Made by a program: the position numbers and the translations under genes. From Myxococcota bacterium (GTDB lineage Bacteria > Myxococcota_A > UBA9160 > UBA4427), in NCBI GenBank assembly GCA_965250285.1, contig OZ252299.1, forward strand, positions 4,064,001 through 4,128,000: a stretch of 64,000 nt of DNA, in the 5' to 3' direction. Under the pieces are notes generated by a model. It was not told the DNA's origin. It worked only from the letters and a program-made list of their open reading frames with translations, and did no database searches. Below are positions 18,162 through 27,943 of this stretch, piece after piece (the stretch's first letter is position 1; each line of letters starts with the position of its first letter).

Positions 18162-18695
18162 GTGACTTCACCCGAATCATCGAACACGAACGGGGCTCGC
18201 TGGATCGCGCTGGCGGTGGGCGTGCTCGTGATCGCTGCGGGCATCGCCTGGCTCGTCGGCGCGCGCGACGAGCAGCTGCCCCGAGCCGCCGAGAAGACGC
18301 GCGCCGAGACGACCCCGACCGCAGCCGCCGAATCGGGCACCTCGATGCCAGATGCGACGCCAGAGCCCGCCGGCGCGGCCCAACCGGCCGCCGTCATCAC
18401 CGACAAGGGTCGGCTGACGGTCGTCCTGGCCGACCTCGCCGAGGGCGAGGTCGCGGCGGTCGGCCTCGACATGCCCGATGACGTGCGCGGCGAAGGGCCC
18501 CGGCCGACGAAGATCGTCGACGTCTCGCGCCAGCGGATGCTCGAGCTCGAGGCCCAGCCGATCAGCGGCTCGGGCACGGGCGTACGACTCGAGATCGATC
18601 CCGAGTGGCTCGAGCCGGGGCAGTACATGATCCAGGTCGACACCGCACCGACGACGCACTTCCCAGTACGGCGCTACGTCCTCGAGGTCCGGTAG
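18162..18695 (+). CDS. Hypothetical single-TM protein with C-terminal beta domain
   Basis: N-terminal TM (WIALAVGVLVIAAGIAWLV), Pro/Ala/Thr linker, beta-rich C-terminus LEPGQYMIQV...RYVLEVR. Confidence 0.65.
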   Translation: MTSPESSNTNGARWIALAVGVLVIAAGIAWLVGARDEQLPRAAEKTRAETTPTAAAESGTSMPDATPEPAGAAQPAAVITDKGRLTVVLADLAEGEVAAVGLDMPDDVRGEGPRPTKIVDVSRQRMLELEAQPISGSGTGVRLEIDPEWLEPGQYMIQVDTAPTTHFPVRRYVLEVR

Positions 18696-18787
18696 ACGCG
18701 CTCACCACGCGAGAGGCCCCGCTCGCACAACGCGAACGGGGCCCCGGTCTTCCTCGACGGGCTTCTTGGGCGGACCGAACCGCCGAC

Positions 18788-21700
18788 TCAGGCCTGCTGC
18801 GACGCCAGCACCCTGCGACCGGCGAGTGCGAGGGCACCGCCGAGCACGAGGAACCCGACGCCGGGCAGCACCGGCACGACGTTGCCCACGCCGGGGAAGT
18901 CGGCGGGGTCGTTCGGGTCGTGGCCCTGAGCGATCTCTTCGTCGTCGTCGAAACCGTCGCCGTCGCTGTCGGCGAGGGCCGGGCTCGTCCCCGTGTCGTT
19001 CCCGTCGACGAAGACACCGGTGCCCGTCTCGACGCCATTCGGCAGCGTATCGCCGTCGCGGTCGACACCCATGCGCGTGCCCGAGCCCGGCGGCACGGCG
19101 GTGTACGTCAGCGTCTGGCCGGCGCCCGCTCCGTTCGCCTTGGCGCGAAGCGCGGCCTCGGTGATCGCGGGGCCGTTGTCGTCGGGCAGGTAGGTGCCGT
19201 CCGCGAGCCGCACGTAGCCCTTCTCGACCCCACCCTCGACGGTCTTCACGACGACGTCGCACTCGGTGGTGGTTCCGCCGAGGATCTTCGAGTCGAAGGC
19301 CGCCCCGGCGCGCGCGTCGATCAGATCGATGCGGTCGTTCACGTCGGTGACGCCGAAGTTCGCCGGTGAGATCGTCACCTGCTGACCCACGATCGGCGCG
19401 ATGTCGGTATCGGACGCCAGCGTGAACGCTTCGAGGTCGCGACGCTCGTTCACGGTCACGTCGAAGACGCTCGCGCCCAGAAAGTCGAACACCGTCGGCA
19501 CCGAGCCGTCGTGCAGGATGCCCGTGCCGCGCACCTCGTCGTTGCCCGAGTTGAACATGCCGATCTTCTGATAGACGTTGCGGATGTGCGGCACCTTGAA
19601 GTGCTGGGTCTCGCCCTCGAAGCTCTCCTCGCCGCCCGTGCCGTAGAAGCCATTCACGGGGTCGAGGTTGTGACAACCGTCGCAGTCTTCGACCGTATCC
19701 GTTGCGTTGGCGTCCAGCTGTGCGCACTCGGTCGTGCCCGGTCCGCACGAGAACCACTTGTCCGATCCGTCCTGCTCCTCGCTCGTCAGCGAGTTGTCGA
19801 GGCTCCGAATCGGGTTCGGCGGCAGCTGCACCTGCAGAATGAAGTCGGTGAACGCCTGCATGTCGGCATCGGCGATCAGCCCCTCGTGACCGATCAAGCC
19901 CTCGAAGGCCACGATGAAGTTGTTGAACGAGAGCTCCTCGTCGCAGGGTGCCTCGGTCTGGTTGCCCACCTGCGAGTAGCCCGGCGTGTTGCACGGGTCG
20001 GTGCCGAAGTGGCCGTCGACGCGGTCCCCGCGCCAGTGCATGCCGCCATGCGTGCTCATGCCACGCAGCGTCTGCGTCGTCATCGGGCCCTTCATCGGGT
20101 GAAAGGGCTCCGTCGGCTCGACCACCTGCAGCACCGGATCGGGCTGCGGCTGGTTGTTGATCCCCACGCCCCCGTCCGGGTCACCCAGATTCCAGGCCAG
20201 CGAGTCGAAGTCGCCGAAGATGTGGCAGCTCGCGCACGACGCTTCGCCGTTGCCCGACGTCTCGACCGCGTCGTAGAGAAAGCGTCGACCGTCGACCACC
20301 GAGGCCGGCTCGGGGTTGTGCAGCGCGTGGACGGCCGTCGTGAGGCCCGTCCCCAGGTCGATCACCTCGACGCTGTTGTTGAAGCGCGTCGTCACGTAGA
20401 GGCGGTCGTTCGCCTCGTCGAGCGCCATGCCGCTCGGGCCACCGCCGAGGGTGTCGAGGTAGGCGGCGCTGGCAGAGGTCGGGTCGAAGTTGGCCTCGAA
20501 GCTCGGGTCTTCGAGGTCGCTCTTCGAGAACACGCCGATCTTCTGAGAGCCGAACGCAGCGATGTAGATCGTGTTGCCGTCGCTCGAGACCACCGGCTGG
20601 AGCGGGGTCGAGAGACTGTGCGGCTTCTGTGCCTCGATCGCGGCGTGGTTCGCGCCCGCGTCGGTGTGAAGCTGTGCGTAGTCGATGTGCTGGTTCAGGT
20701 GCTGAATGTCCTGCGAGGGACCGCTCGGGTCGAGCACCGTAACGCGGCTCAGCGCGAGCCGACCCTGTACCGTCGTGCCGCCGTGATCGCCCGGACCCTC
20801 GAACTCGACCTCATTGCCCGCATCGGTGTTGGTCACGTAGACCTTGCCGTTCGACGGGTTGACGACCATGTTGAAGAGAATCGTGCCCACCGAGCTCCAC
20901 ACGGTGCCCTTGGCCAGCGTGTTCGCGTTGAAGGCAAAGACGTCGTTGTCGGGCAGGTCGAAATTCACGTTCGCGCTGCGATCGTTGCCCTGCGAGTCGA
21001 GCCACTGGTTGCCGATCTTCTTCACGATCACGCCCACGAAGGGCGCGTTGACGCCGTCGGCGTTGTCGGGCGGACCGGGGATACCGGCCGGACCAAAGTT
21101 GTTCGGGACGACCGTCTCGTTGAGCGGGACGGTCTGATTGCCCGAGTGAAAGGCCGCGACATAGACGGTCGTGCCATCCGTCGCGAGCGCGCGCGGCGTG
21201 TCGGAGAAGAACGTCAGAACTTCGACCGGCGTGCCGCCGATCGTGTTGCCGAGGCTCGTCGCATCGAAGACCCAGACGTCGTTTCGATCGACGCCCGAGG
21301 TCGTGAACTGCGGATCGGCCGGGTTGCCACCGCCGAATACGCCCGAGATCGACGGGTGCGTGCGGTGCTGACCACGGTGGGCCGTCGTGATGAACGCCCG
21401 GTTGCCACCGGTGCCGGCGAACACGATGTCGCGCGGCTCGTCGCCCACCAGCAGCGTACGCGTCACCTGCGGTACGCCCGACAGATCGACGATCGACACG
21501 CTGTCCGAGAGGTGGTTCACGACCCAGACCTCGGTGTTCGTGCGGGCCGCGACCGAGACCGGCTCCATACCCACCGGCACGGCGGCCGAGAAGGTGAGAC
21601 CGCCCGCGCCCACGTCGAAGATCTCGAGTGTGTTGTCGGGCGTATTGACGGCGAACAGCTTCGAGCCATCGGGCGAGAGCGCGATCGGACGGACGTGGCC

Positions 21701-21826
21701 GCTCTCGAACTCGATGAAATTCGGCTGGGCCGAAGCGCTGCTCGCCGCGACGACCGCGACGAGGGCCATCAGGCTCAGGAATAAGAAGCAGGATCGAACG
21801 TGAAAGAACCCACGACGGGCGGGCAT
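18788..21826 (-). CDS. Secreted YncE/YVTN beta-propeller + di-heme cytochrome c protein with Ca-binding repeats and C-terminal sorting tail
   Basis: GGAGG RBS at ATG 21826. Signal peptide, propeller repeats (PVGMEPVSVA, VGDEPRDIV), CASCH and CDGCH, DRDGD/DSDGDG repeats, tail VPVLPGVGFLVLGGALALAGRR. Confidence 0.88.
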   Translation of the reverse strand: MPARRGFFHVRSCFLFLSLMALVAVVAASSASAQPNFIEFESGHVRPIALSPDGSKLFAVNTPDNTLEIFDVGAGGLTFSAAVPVGMEPVSVAARTNTEVWVVNHLSDSVSIVDLSGVPQVTRTLLVGDEPRDIVFAGTGGNRAFITTAHRGQHRTHPSISGVFGGGNPADPQFTTSGVDRNDVWVFDATSLGNTIGGTPVEVLTFFSDTPRALATDGTTVYVAAFHSGNQTVPLNETVVPNNFGPAGIPGPPDNADGVNAPFVGVIVKKIGNQWLDSQGNDRSANVNFDLPDNDVFAFNANTLAKGTVWSSVGTILFNMVVNPSNGKVYVTNTDAGNEVEFEGPGDHGGTTVQGRLALSRVTVLDPSGPSQDIQHLNQHIDYAQLHTDAGANHAAIEAQKPHSLSTPLQPVVSSDGNTIYIAAFGSQKIGVFSKSDLEDPSFEANFDPTSASAAYLDTLGGGPSGMALDEANDRLYVTTRFNNSVEVIDLGTGLTTAVHALHNPEPASVVDGRRFLYDAVETSGNGEASCASCHIFGDFDSLAWNLGDPDGGVGINNQPQPDPVLQVVEPTEPFHPMKGPMTTQTLRGMSTHGGMHWRGDRVDGHFGTDPCNTPGYSQVGNQTEAPCDEELSFNNFIVAFEGLIGHEGLIADADMQAFTDFILQVQLPPNPIRSLDNSLTSEEQDGSDKWFSCGPGTTECAQLDANATDTVEDCDGCHNLDPVNGFYGTGGEESFEGETQHFKVPHIRNVYQKIGMFNSGNDEVRGTGILHDGSVPTVFDFLGASVFDVTVNERRDLEAFTLASDTDIAPIVGQQVTISPANFGVTDVNDRIDLIDARAGAAFDSKILGGTTTECDVVVKTVEGGVEKGYVRLADGTYLPDDNGPAITEAALRAKANGAGAGQTLTYTAVPPGSGTRMGVDRDGDTLPNGVETGTGVFVDGNDTGTSPALADSDGDGFDDDEEIAQGHDPNDPADFPGVGNVVPVLPGVGFLVLGGALALAGRRVLASQQA

Positions 21827-22195
21827 GGGAAACCTCCGGGTCGGCTGGCGACGGTGATCAGCGAGGCTGAATCGGAAGAGCGAAGCGCAGAGCTGTCTGA
21901 ATTCGGACCGCATCACGGCGGCTGAAGTCGAATCAAGCCATCGATGTCCCCAGGGGCCGCATCCCCGGAGCGACGGCGACGCGCAATCGCGTACTGCATT
22001 GTATCCGAACGACCTTATGAGGCGTCGAGGGAATGTCTTTCATCCAGGAAAATCGGCCAGAATCTGCGGCTTCGTGCAGGAAACCTGCACATCGTGTTCG
22101 CAACGTCCAACCTGGATCCAGGACGACACCGGTCCGAAACTCCAGCCTCCGCCGGCGGCGTGTCCCGCTGCATTCGCGTTCGCCGAGAGGACTCC

Positions 22196-23080
22196 TTGAT
22201 CTACGACGTCGCCGTCCCCCTGATTCTGCTCGTGATGATGATCGCCATGGGCATGGAGCTCACGCTCGACGACTTTCGCCGCGTCGCCGTGATCCCGCGT
22301 CCGGCGCTGGTCGGGCTCTTCGGTCAGATGGTGCTGCTGCCGCTGGCCGGTCTCGCTTTCGCGCACGCGCCGACCTTTGCGCCGTCGGTCGCGATGGGCG
22401 TCGTCATCGTCACGGCATGCCCGGGCGGCGCGACGTCGAATCTCTTCAGCTACCTCGCCCGCGGCAACGTCGCGCTCTCGGTCACGCTCACCTCGCTGTC
22501 GAGTGCGCTCTGCTTCTTGACGATCCCGTTCTGGATCGAACTCGGCCTCGATCTGTTCATGGACGATGGCACTGGGGAGAACACGCCCCTCGACCTGCCG
22601 GTCGCGCGCATGGTGATTCAGCTCTTCGTGCTGACCTTGATGCCGATCGCGATCGGCATGGGCATTCGCGCGCGCTGGCCCGAGTTCAGCCTGCGCATTC
22701 GAGGGCGACTGCGCCGCGCCATGACGCTGCTCATGGCCGTGGCTCTGGCCGCCATCCTCGGCAGCGAGTGGGAAACGGTGATGCGCGACCTGCGCGTCGC
22801 CGCCGCAGCGGCGCTCCTGCTCGTCACGTCGATGCTCTTCGTCTCGTACGGGATCGCCCGCGCGGCGCGGCTCGAGCAGCGCGACGCGTTCACGATCTCG
22901 ATCGAGGTCGGCCTGCAGAACGGCGCGCTCGCGACGACCGTCGTCGTGACCCTGCTCGGGCGCCCCGACCTGCTCGTCTTTCCAGGAACCTACGCAGTGC
23001 TGTCGTTCGTGCCCGTGACGCTGTGGACCGTGCTGATGCGTCGCCGCGCCGACGACCCGGACGCCGAACCGGCGACCTGA
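22196..23080 (+). CDS. Bile acid:sodium symporter (BASS/SBF) family transporter
   Basis: TTG start with GAGAGG RBS. MGMELT..DF, GQMVLLP, CPGGATSNLFSYLARGNVALSV, SIEVGLQNG. Confidence 0.92.
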   Translation: MIYDVAVPLILLVMMIAMGMELTLDDFRRVAVIPRPALVGLFGQMVLLPLAGLAFAHAPTFAPSVAMGVVIVTACPGGATSNLFSYLARGNVALSVTLTSLSSALCFLTIPFWIELGLDLFMDDGTGENTPLDLPVARMVIQLFVLTLMPIAIGMGIRARWPEFSLRIRGRLRRAMTLLMAVALAAILGSEWETVMRDLRVAAAAALLLVTSMLFVSYGIARAARLEQRDAFTISIEVGLQNGALATTVVVTLLGRPDLLVFPGTYAVLSFVPVTLWTVLMRRRADDPDAEPAT

Positions 23081-23099
23081 CGCGGTCGAGGGCCGGGCG

Positions 23100-24149
23100 C
23101 TAGAGCGACCGTGTCGAGTTCTTGCAGAACTCCGAGACGCTCCGCGCGGTCTCTCGACTGATCTCGGGACAGAGCAGCGGCATGATCTCAGCGCCGTGCA
23201 TCGTCCCCATGACCTGACGGCAGCGGGCCTCGACGCCCTCGCGCATCAGCAATCGGTAGAAGTTGATGCCCTCGTCGCGCAGCGGATCGCATTCGTTGAC
23301 GCTGATCATCGTCGGCGGCAGACCTCGCACGTCTTCGCCGCTCGCAAAGCCGGGCCAGGCGAGTGGATTGCGCTTCTCGAACTCCTCGATGCCGTACGCC
23401 ATCTGGCCGGTGTTGTTGTGCAGATCGAGCAGGATCCCGTTGTTCTCGATCGACGAGGGGTTCTCGTCGAGCGGCCACTCCCCCGCGATGTACGGGCAGA
23501 GGGCGTAGAGCCCGGTGATCCAGCCGATGTGCCCGTCGCGCAGCAGCTTCATGCCGGTCGCGAGCGTGAGATTCCCGCCCCCACTCTCGCCTGCGACGAT
23601 GATGTGCTCGGGATCGACGCCGAGCTCCTCTGCGTTCTCGACGAGCCACTCGACGCCCGACACACAGTCGTTGAGACCCGCCGGGAACGGCGCGACCTCG
23701 GGCGCTGAGCTCGGCGAGATCGCGTTGCGAAAGTCGACCATGGCGACGTGGACGCCCCCCGCCGCGATCATCTTGCCCCACGCGCGGTAGTTGCCGAGAA
23801 AACACGACAGGGCCTGCATGCCGCCGCCGTGGATGTAGTAGACGCAGGGCAGCGGCTCGCTCGATTCGTTCCGGATGAGCTGCACCTTGATCGTGTTGCC
23901 GTCGGGCTTCGACGTGAACTCGCGCGTCTCGACGGTGAGCCCCGTCGACGGCGCGATCTCTTCGGTGTCACACATCTCCATGAAGCCCTGGAGCGCCTGC
24001 TGGGCCTGGGCCGCTTCGGGCGAGTTCGCGCGCTCGAGCAGCTCTTCGCGGCTCGCGACGTTGGCGCTGGGCGGCATGTTGAGCAGACCCAGGGCGCCGC
24101 GAATGCGGGGATCGAGTCTCGGGTCTTCGGCGGGGTTCTTCGCGGTCAT
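23100..24149 (-). CDS. HSL-family alpha/beta hydrolase (esterase/lipase)
   Basis: YIHGGG, GESGGG, ECDPLRDEG, GTMHG. Confidence 0.92.
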   Translation of the reverse strand: MTAKNPAEDPRLDPRIRGALGLLNMPPSANVASREELLERANSPEAAQAQQALQGFMEMCDTEEIAPSTGLTVETREFTSKPDGNTIKVQLIRNESSEPLPCVYYIHGGGMQALSCFLGNYRAWGKMIAAGGVHVAMVDFRNAISPSSAPEVAPFPAGLNDCVSGVEWLVENAEELGVDPEHIIVAGESGGGNLTLATGMKLLRDGHIGWITGLYALCPYIAGEWPLDENPSSIENNGILLDLHNNTGQMAYGIEEFEKRNPLAWPGFASGEDVRGLPPTMISVNECDPLRDEGINFYRLLMREGVEARCRQVMGTMHGAEIMPLLCPEISRETARSVSEFCKNSTRSL

Positions 24150-24202
24150 CGGGTTTGCTCCAGCGACATGGGGTTTCAGGCGAGCGGCAGGCGCAGTCGC
24201 GC

Positions 24203-24634
24203 TCACGCCTCTTCGGGCAGGTACTGCTGATAGTGCTCGCCCAGATCTTCGTCTTGATGCGTCGGTACCCGGTAGTACGTGCGGATCACCACCGAACCGT
24301 CGGGTTCGAAGCGGTAGGTCTCGATGCTGTAGCCGACCCGAGATTCGCCGCTCTTCGTGTCGATGTGATTCTCGAGGAGCCAGGCGACCTCGTTGTCGCA
24401 GATCATCAGCGTGCCGTCGGCGATCTTGAACCGGACGTTCGGCTGGAAGAGATCGAACGAGGCGAGTGCGCACTCTTCGAAGCCGTGCTTCTCGGGTGTG
24501 CCGACGGGGTCGAGCATCCGAAAGTCACCAGGCGCGACCTTGCGCCAGTTCGCGGCCCAGCCGTCCTTGTCGCCCGCGTTCCACAAGGCGACATACTGAT
24601 CGGCCCAGTGCTTGAGTTCGTCGAAGGTCGGCAT
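24203..24634 (-). CDS. SnoaL/NTF2-like protein (ketosteroid isomerase-like fold)
   Basis: YVALWNAGD, DPVGTPEKHG, IETYRF..DG. GAGGAG RBS. Confidence 0.8.
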   Translation of the reverse strand: MPTFDELKHWADQYVALWNAGDKDGWAANWRKVAPGDFRMLDPVGTPEKHGFEECALASFDLFQPNVRFKIADGTLMICDNEVAWLLENHIDTKSGESRVGYSIETYRFEPDGSVVIRTYYRVPTHQDEDLGEHYQQYLPEEA

Positions 24635-24643
24635 CGGCTCTCC

Positions 24644-25126
24644 TCAATCTGACTTCGTCGGCGACGCACGCCGCTTCAATCGAAAGATCCGGATGTTCCG
24701 GTCGGTGCGGGCCTGGTACACGTCGAGCTGCGGAATGGCTTCGCGCATCCGATCCCAGACCCGCTCTTTCTCTGTATCGTCGAGCACAACGGCATCAGCC
24801 GTGAATCGCTCGCCGATCGCCTGCACCTCGACCTCGGGGTGGACTTCGATGTTGTAGCGCCATGCGGGGTGCTTCTGCTGCCCCATCGCGCTCGCGACGA
24901 TCAGCCAGTCCCCCCGATCCTCGACACAGGCGAGGTGCACCGAGCGCGGTTCGCCCGAGCGCCGGCCGCGCGCGGTCAGCGTCAGCATCGGCATCGCCGG
25001 CGGCCCGAAGGACGTGAGGCGGCCGTTGGTCGCACGAAAGAGCCAGGGGTCGACGCGGGACGAGAAGTTTCGGATCAACCAGGTGCTGACCGGATTGGTG
25101 GTCAGCCAGACGACGGCCGAGCTCAT
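24644..25126 (-). CDS. Deazaflavin (F420H2)-dependent nitroreductase family (DDN-like)
   Basis: LTLTARGRRSGEPR, VASAMG...HPAWRYN, YQARTDRNIRIFRL. Confidence 0.9.
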   Translation of the reverse strand: MSSAVVWLTTNPVSTWLIRNFSSRVDPWLFRATNGRLTSFGPPAMPMLTLTARGRRSGEPRSVHLACVEDRGDWLIVASAMGQQKHPAWRYNIEVHPEVEVQAIGERFTADAVVLDDTEKERVWDRMREAIPQLDVYQARTDRNIRIFRLKRRASPTKSD

Positions 25127-25153
25127 CGCGAGACCTCCGACACGAACGCGAAC

Positions 25154-26548
25154 TCACTCGATCCGCTGCATGCGAACGCCTTCGTACTCGCGCATCGCGG
25201 GTGCGGCGATCCACTCGAGGCGCTGGAGACGCCGGTGCAGCAGCGGCACGAGCACGGCGTCGTCTTCGGCCGTGCTGGCGGCGATGCGCTCTTCGAGAAA
25301 CGCGGCGCCCTCGTCGGCGGTCGTCGGCCGCTTGCCGTAGGCCGCGGCGATGTCGTCGAGGTTCGCGGCGTCGATGGCCGGGCCGAGGCGATCGACGCGC
25401 TCGAGCACCTGCGCGAGCCGCCACGCCGAATCGCGTTCGTAGCCCGCCTGATCTCCCGAGAGGCTGCGTTCGGTCGTCGACATCGCTTCGCCCCGGGGCG
25501 CCAGCTTGCCGACCAACGCATCGGCGGCGGCGCTGAAGCGCGTATCGGTGGGCTCGATCGTTTCGACCGGCTCGAGGGCGAGGCCCATCCCGTCGGCGAT
25601 CACCTCGAGCGGGCCCTTGGCGTAGACCAGATACCAGACGAGGTACTGCGTGTAGTCGAGCGTCGGAATGTGTCGCGCGAGCATGGGCGCGACGATCATC
25701 GGCGTGCAGGTCGAGAACCGGACGGTGTGATAGTCGATGACGCTGCGATCGATCCGTTCGCCAACCTTGTTCTCGTAGTACTCGATCGCCGGGCCGATCG
25801 GACCGAGCGGTTCGCTCAGGTCACGACAGCGCAGCGAGCCGAGATCGGCCGCGGGATCCCCGATGTACGCGAGCTCGAGGTCGATGAGCCCCGTGATCCG
25901 ATCGCCTTCGAACATGAACTGGCCTGCGTCCGCGCAGAGCAGGCTCCGCTTCGTGCGGCCCTTCGGCACGTTGCGCAGGAGCCACGCGATCAAGAACTCG
26001 ACCTCGGGCTCGGGACGCGACTTGTCCCGTCGGTAGTTGCGAATCCAATCGTCGAGATCGCCGAGGGCGAGCCCCTCTTCGCCCTCCGGCATCGCGAGCC
26101 CGAGATCCTCGAAGCGCTCGGCCGGCACGGCGTGCAGGCGGGCGAGGACGTCCATGTAGTCGTTGATCACGGCCGATCGCTGGGCATCCGACGCCGCGGT
26201 CGCGAGATTGGCCTGGCCAGGCAGGCAGTCCATCACGATCCCGCCGGGCTCGCGACTGAACGCATGGACGTGGGGGACTGGGATGCCCTCGCGCTCCATC
26301 GCGCGCATGACGTTCGCCTCTCGCTCGAGCTGCTCGAGCCCGTTCGGGATCTCGGCGCGCTGACCGCGCCAGTAGAGCGAGCGCCGCTCCCCCTCGCGTT
26401 CGAGCTCGAGAAACCAGGCGGGGCGCCAGCGGGGCTGCCGTCGGACCTCGACGATGCGACCGTCGAGCTCACCTTCGAGCCAGGCGAAGGCGGTCTGCCA
26501 CTCTGGATCGAGCCCCGAGAAGACGTCGCGCGTGGCGGCGTTGCTCAC
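25154..26548 (-). CDS. Aminoglycoside-phosphotransferase-like (APH/ACAD10-type) kinase family protein
   Basis: GTG overlapping the upstream TGA. REA.VM.....IPVPHV, LARLHA, GLIDLELAYIGDPAADL. Confidence 0.85.
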   Translation of the reverse strand: MSNAATRDVFSGLDPEWQTAFAWLEGELDGRIVEVRRQPRWRPAWFLELEREGERRSLYWRGQRAEIPNGLEQLEREANVMRAMEREGIPVPHVHAFSREPGGIVMDCLPGQANLATAASDAQRSAVINDYMDVLARLHAVPAERFEDLGLAMPEGEEGLALGDLDDWIRNYRRDKSRPEPEVEFLIAWLLRNVPKGRTKRSLLCADAGQFMFEGDRITGLIDLELAYIGDPAADLGSLRCRDLSEPLGPIGPAIEYYENKVGERIDRSVIDYHTVRFSTCTPMIVAPMLARHIPTLDYTQYLVWYLVYAKGPLEVIADGMGLALEPVETIEPTDTRFSAAADALVGKLAPRGEAMSTTERSLSGDQAGYERDSAWRLAQVLERVDRLGPAIDAANLDDIAAAYGKRPTTADEGAAFLEERIAASTAEDDAVLVPLLHRRLQRLEWIAAPAMREYEGVRMQRIE

Positions 26549-27798
26549 GCCGCCTGCTTCCGAATCTCGCCGAGCTCGGGGCCGATCCGGCTCGCGATCT
26601 CCTCGAGCCGCGCGCGATCGAAGCCGTACACGTCGACCGCCGTACCGCCGAGCATGCGACGAATCTCGTCCTCGGGGTACTCGGCGAACGTCTCGCGCAG
26701 CTTCTCCATCGTGTTCGGCCACGTGCCTTCGAGGTGGGGGTAGTCGGTGCCCCACATGTATTTGCCGAGGCCGATCTCGTGGCGGTCGGCCCCTTCATCG
26801 GGCGCGAGGAACGACGCACCGAACCAGCAATGCCGCTCGAAGTACTCCTTCGGCGAGAGGGAAAGGCCCGCCGTGAAGTACTTGAAGATGGGGTTCGACG
26901 CGTAGCGATCGAGCAGCCGCAACGTCTCGCGGATCCACGTGCAGCCGGTCTCGGTGAAGATCAACTTGAGGTTCGGGTGCCGCTCGAGCACCCCCGACCA
27001 GACCAGCGCCGCGAAGGGTCGCTGCGCGAACCCTGCGACCTCGGTGATGTACATCGCGGTGGCGGCCGGGACGTCGCCGTAGTCGGGCGACCAGCCCGAA
27101 TGCGATTGCAGCGGCATCTCGAGCTCGGCGCACGTCTCCCAGAGCGGCTCGTACACCGGGTCGTGGTAGTACGGGTTCGGGCCGGTGCTCGTCGGCAGCA
27201 GCACGCCCCCAAAGAGCCCGAGATCCTTTGCTTCGCGCACCTCCTTCACGGCGCGCGGAATGTCGTCGACGTTGATGAGCGCGACGCCAGCCTGACGCCC
27301 GGGGTTCTGCTTGCAGAAGTCGGCGAGCCAGCGGTTGTAGGCCTGGATCCCCGCCCAATTGTCGTCGGGATCGACCGCGTGTCGATACTGGATCAGCCCC
27401 GCACCGAAGGGCGCCATCTGTGGAAACACGACCTCGCCCGCCACACCGTCTGCATCGAGCTCGGCAATGCGCGTGTCGATGTCGAACTCGCCGCGCCGGG
27501 GCGCGAACGGGCTCGACTCGTCCGACATCATCTGCAGCAGCGCGTCGTCGGTGATGCCTCCCTCACCCTTCCCGCGCTGACTCCAGATGCCGCGCTGGCC
27601 GTCTTCGCCCGCGCCCTCCGAGTATGCGTCGACCGCCTCCTGGTCGAAGAAGGTGCCGGTCCGACTCAACATCTCGCGGGCGTACGAGATCCACCATGTC
27701 CGCGCCGCCGCGTGGTGACGCTTCGGCATGTACGCCTCGTACATGCTCGGCAGGGCCCCGGCATGGCAGTCGGAGCTGACGATGAGGATCCTGGACAT
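26545..27798 (-). CDS. Amidohydrolase family protein (Amidohydro_2)
   Basis: SSDCHAG, DADGVAGEVVFP, AYNRWLADFC, GVLERHPNLKLIFTETG, WGTDYPHLEGTWP. Confidence 0.92.
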   Translation of the reverse strand: MSRILIVSSDCHAGALPSMYEAYMPKRHHAAARTWWISYAREMLSRTGTFFDQEAVDAYSEGAGEDGQRGIWSQRGKGEGGITDDALLQMMSDESSPFAPRRGEFDIDTRIAELDADGVAGEVVFPQMAPFGAGLIQYRHAVDPDDNWAGIQAYNRWLADFCKQNPGRQAGVALINVDDIPRAVKEVREAKDLGLFGGVLLPTSTGPNPYYHDPVYEPLWETCAELEMPLQSHSGWSPDYGDVPAATAMYITEVAGFAQRPFAALVWSGVLERHPNLKLIFTETGCTWIRETLRLLDRYASNPIFKYFTAGLSLSPKEYFERHCWFGASFLAPDEGADRHEIGLGKYMWGTDYPHLEGTWPNTMEKLRETFAEYPEDEIRRMLGGTAVDVYGFDRARLEEIASRIGPELGEIRKQAA

Positions 27799-27943
27799 GC
27801 TTCGCTTCTCCCCTGGCGCGTTGCCGTCCGATGATTGCTGATTCTCAAGTGCGAATCCCGTCGTCGGTGAAGCATCTGCGTTGGCGCCGCGCGACCCCAG
27901 AGGGATCGAGTTCGTGTCCAGATCGCTGTGATAGGGTCGGTGG

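Noticed and set aside
19511..21784. 757-aa plus-strand ORF
   Set aside because: Antisense to the propeller-cytochrome gene; no domain features.
25154..26548. Aminoglycoside resistance kinase
   Set aside because: A longer protein with a degenerate Brenner motif in a catabolic operon; fits metabolic APH-like kinases.
27830..27857. Fur box upstream of the amidohydrolase
   Set aside because: Only a partial match with wrong spacing and no iron-related genes; kept only as a generic inverted repeat.
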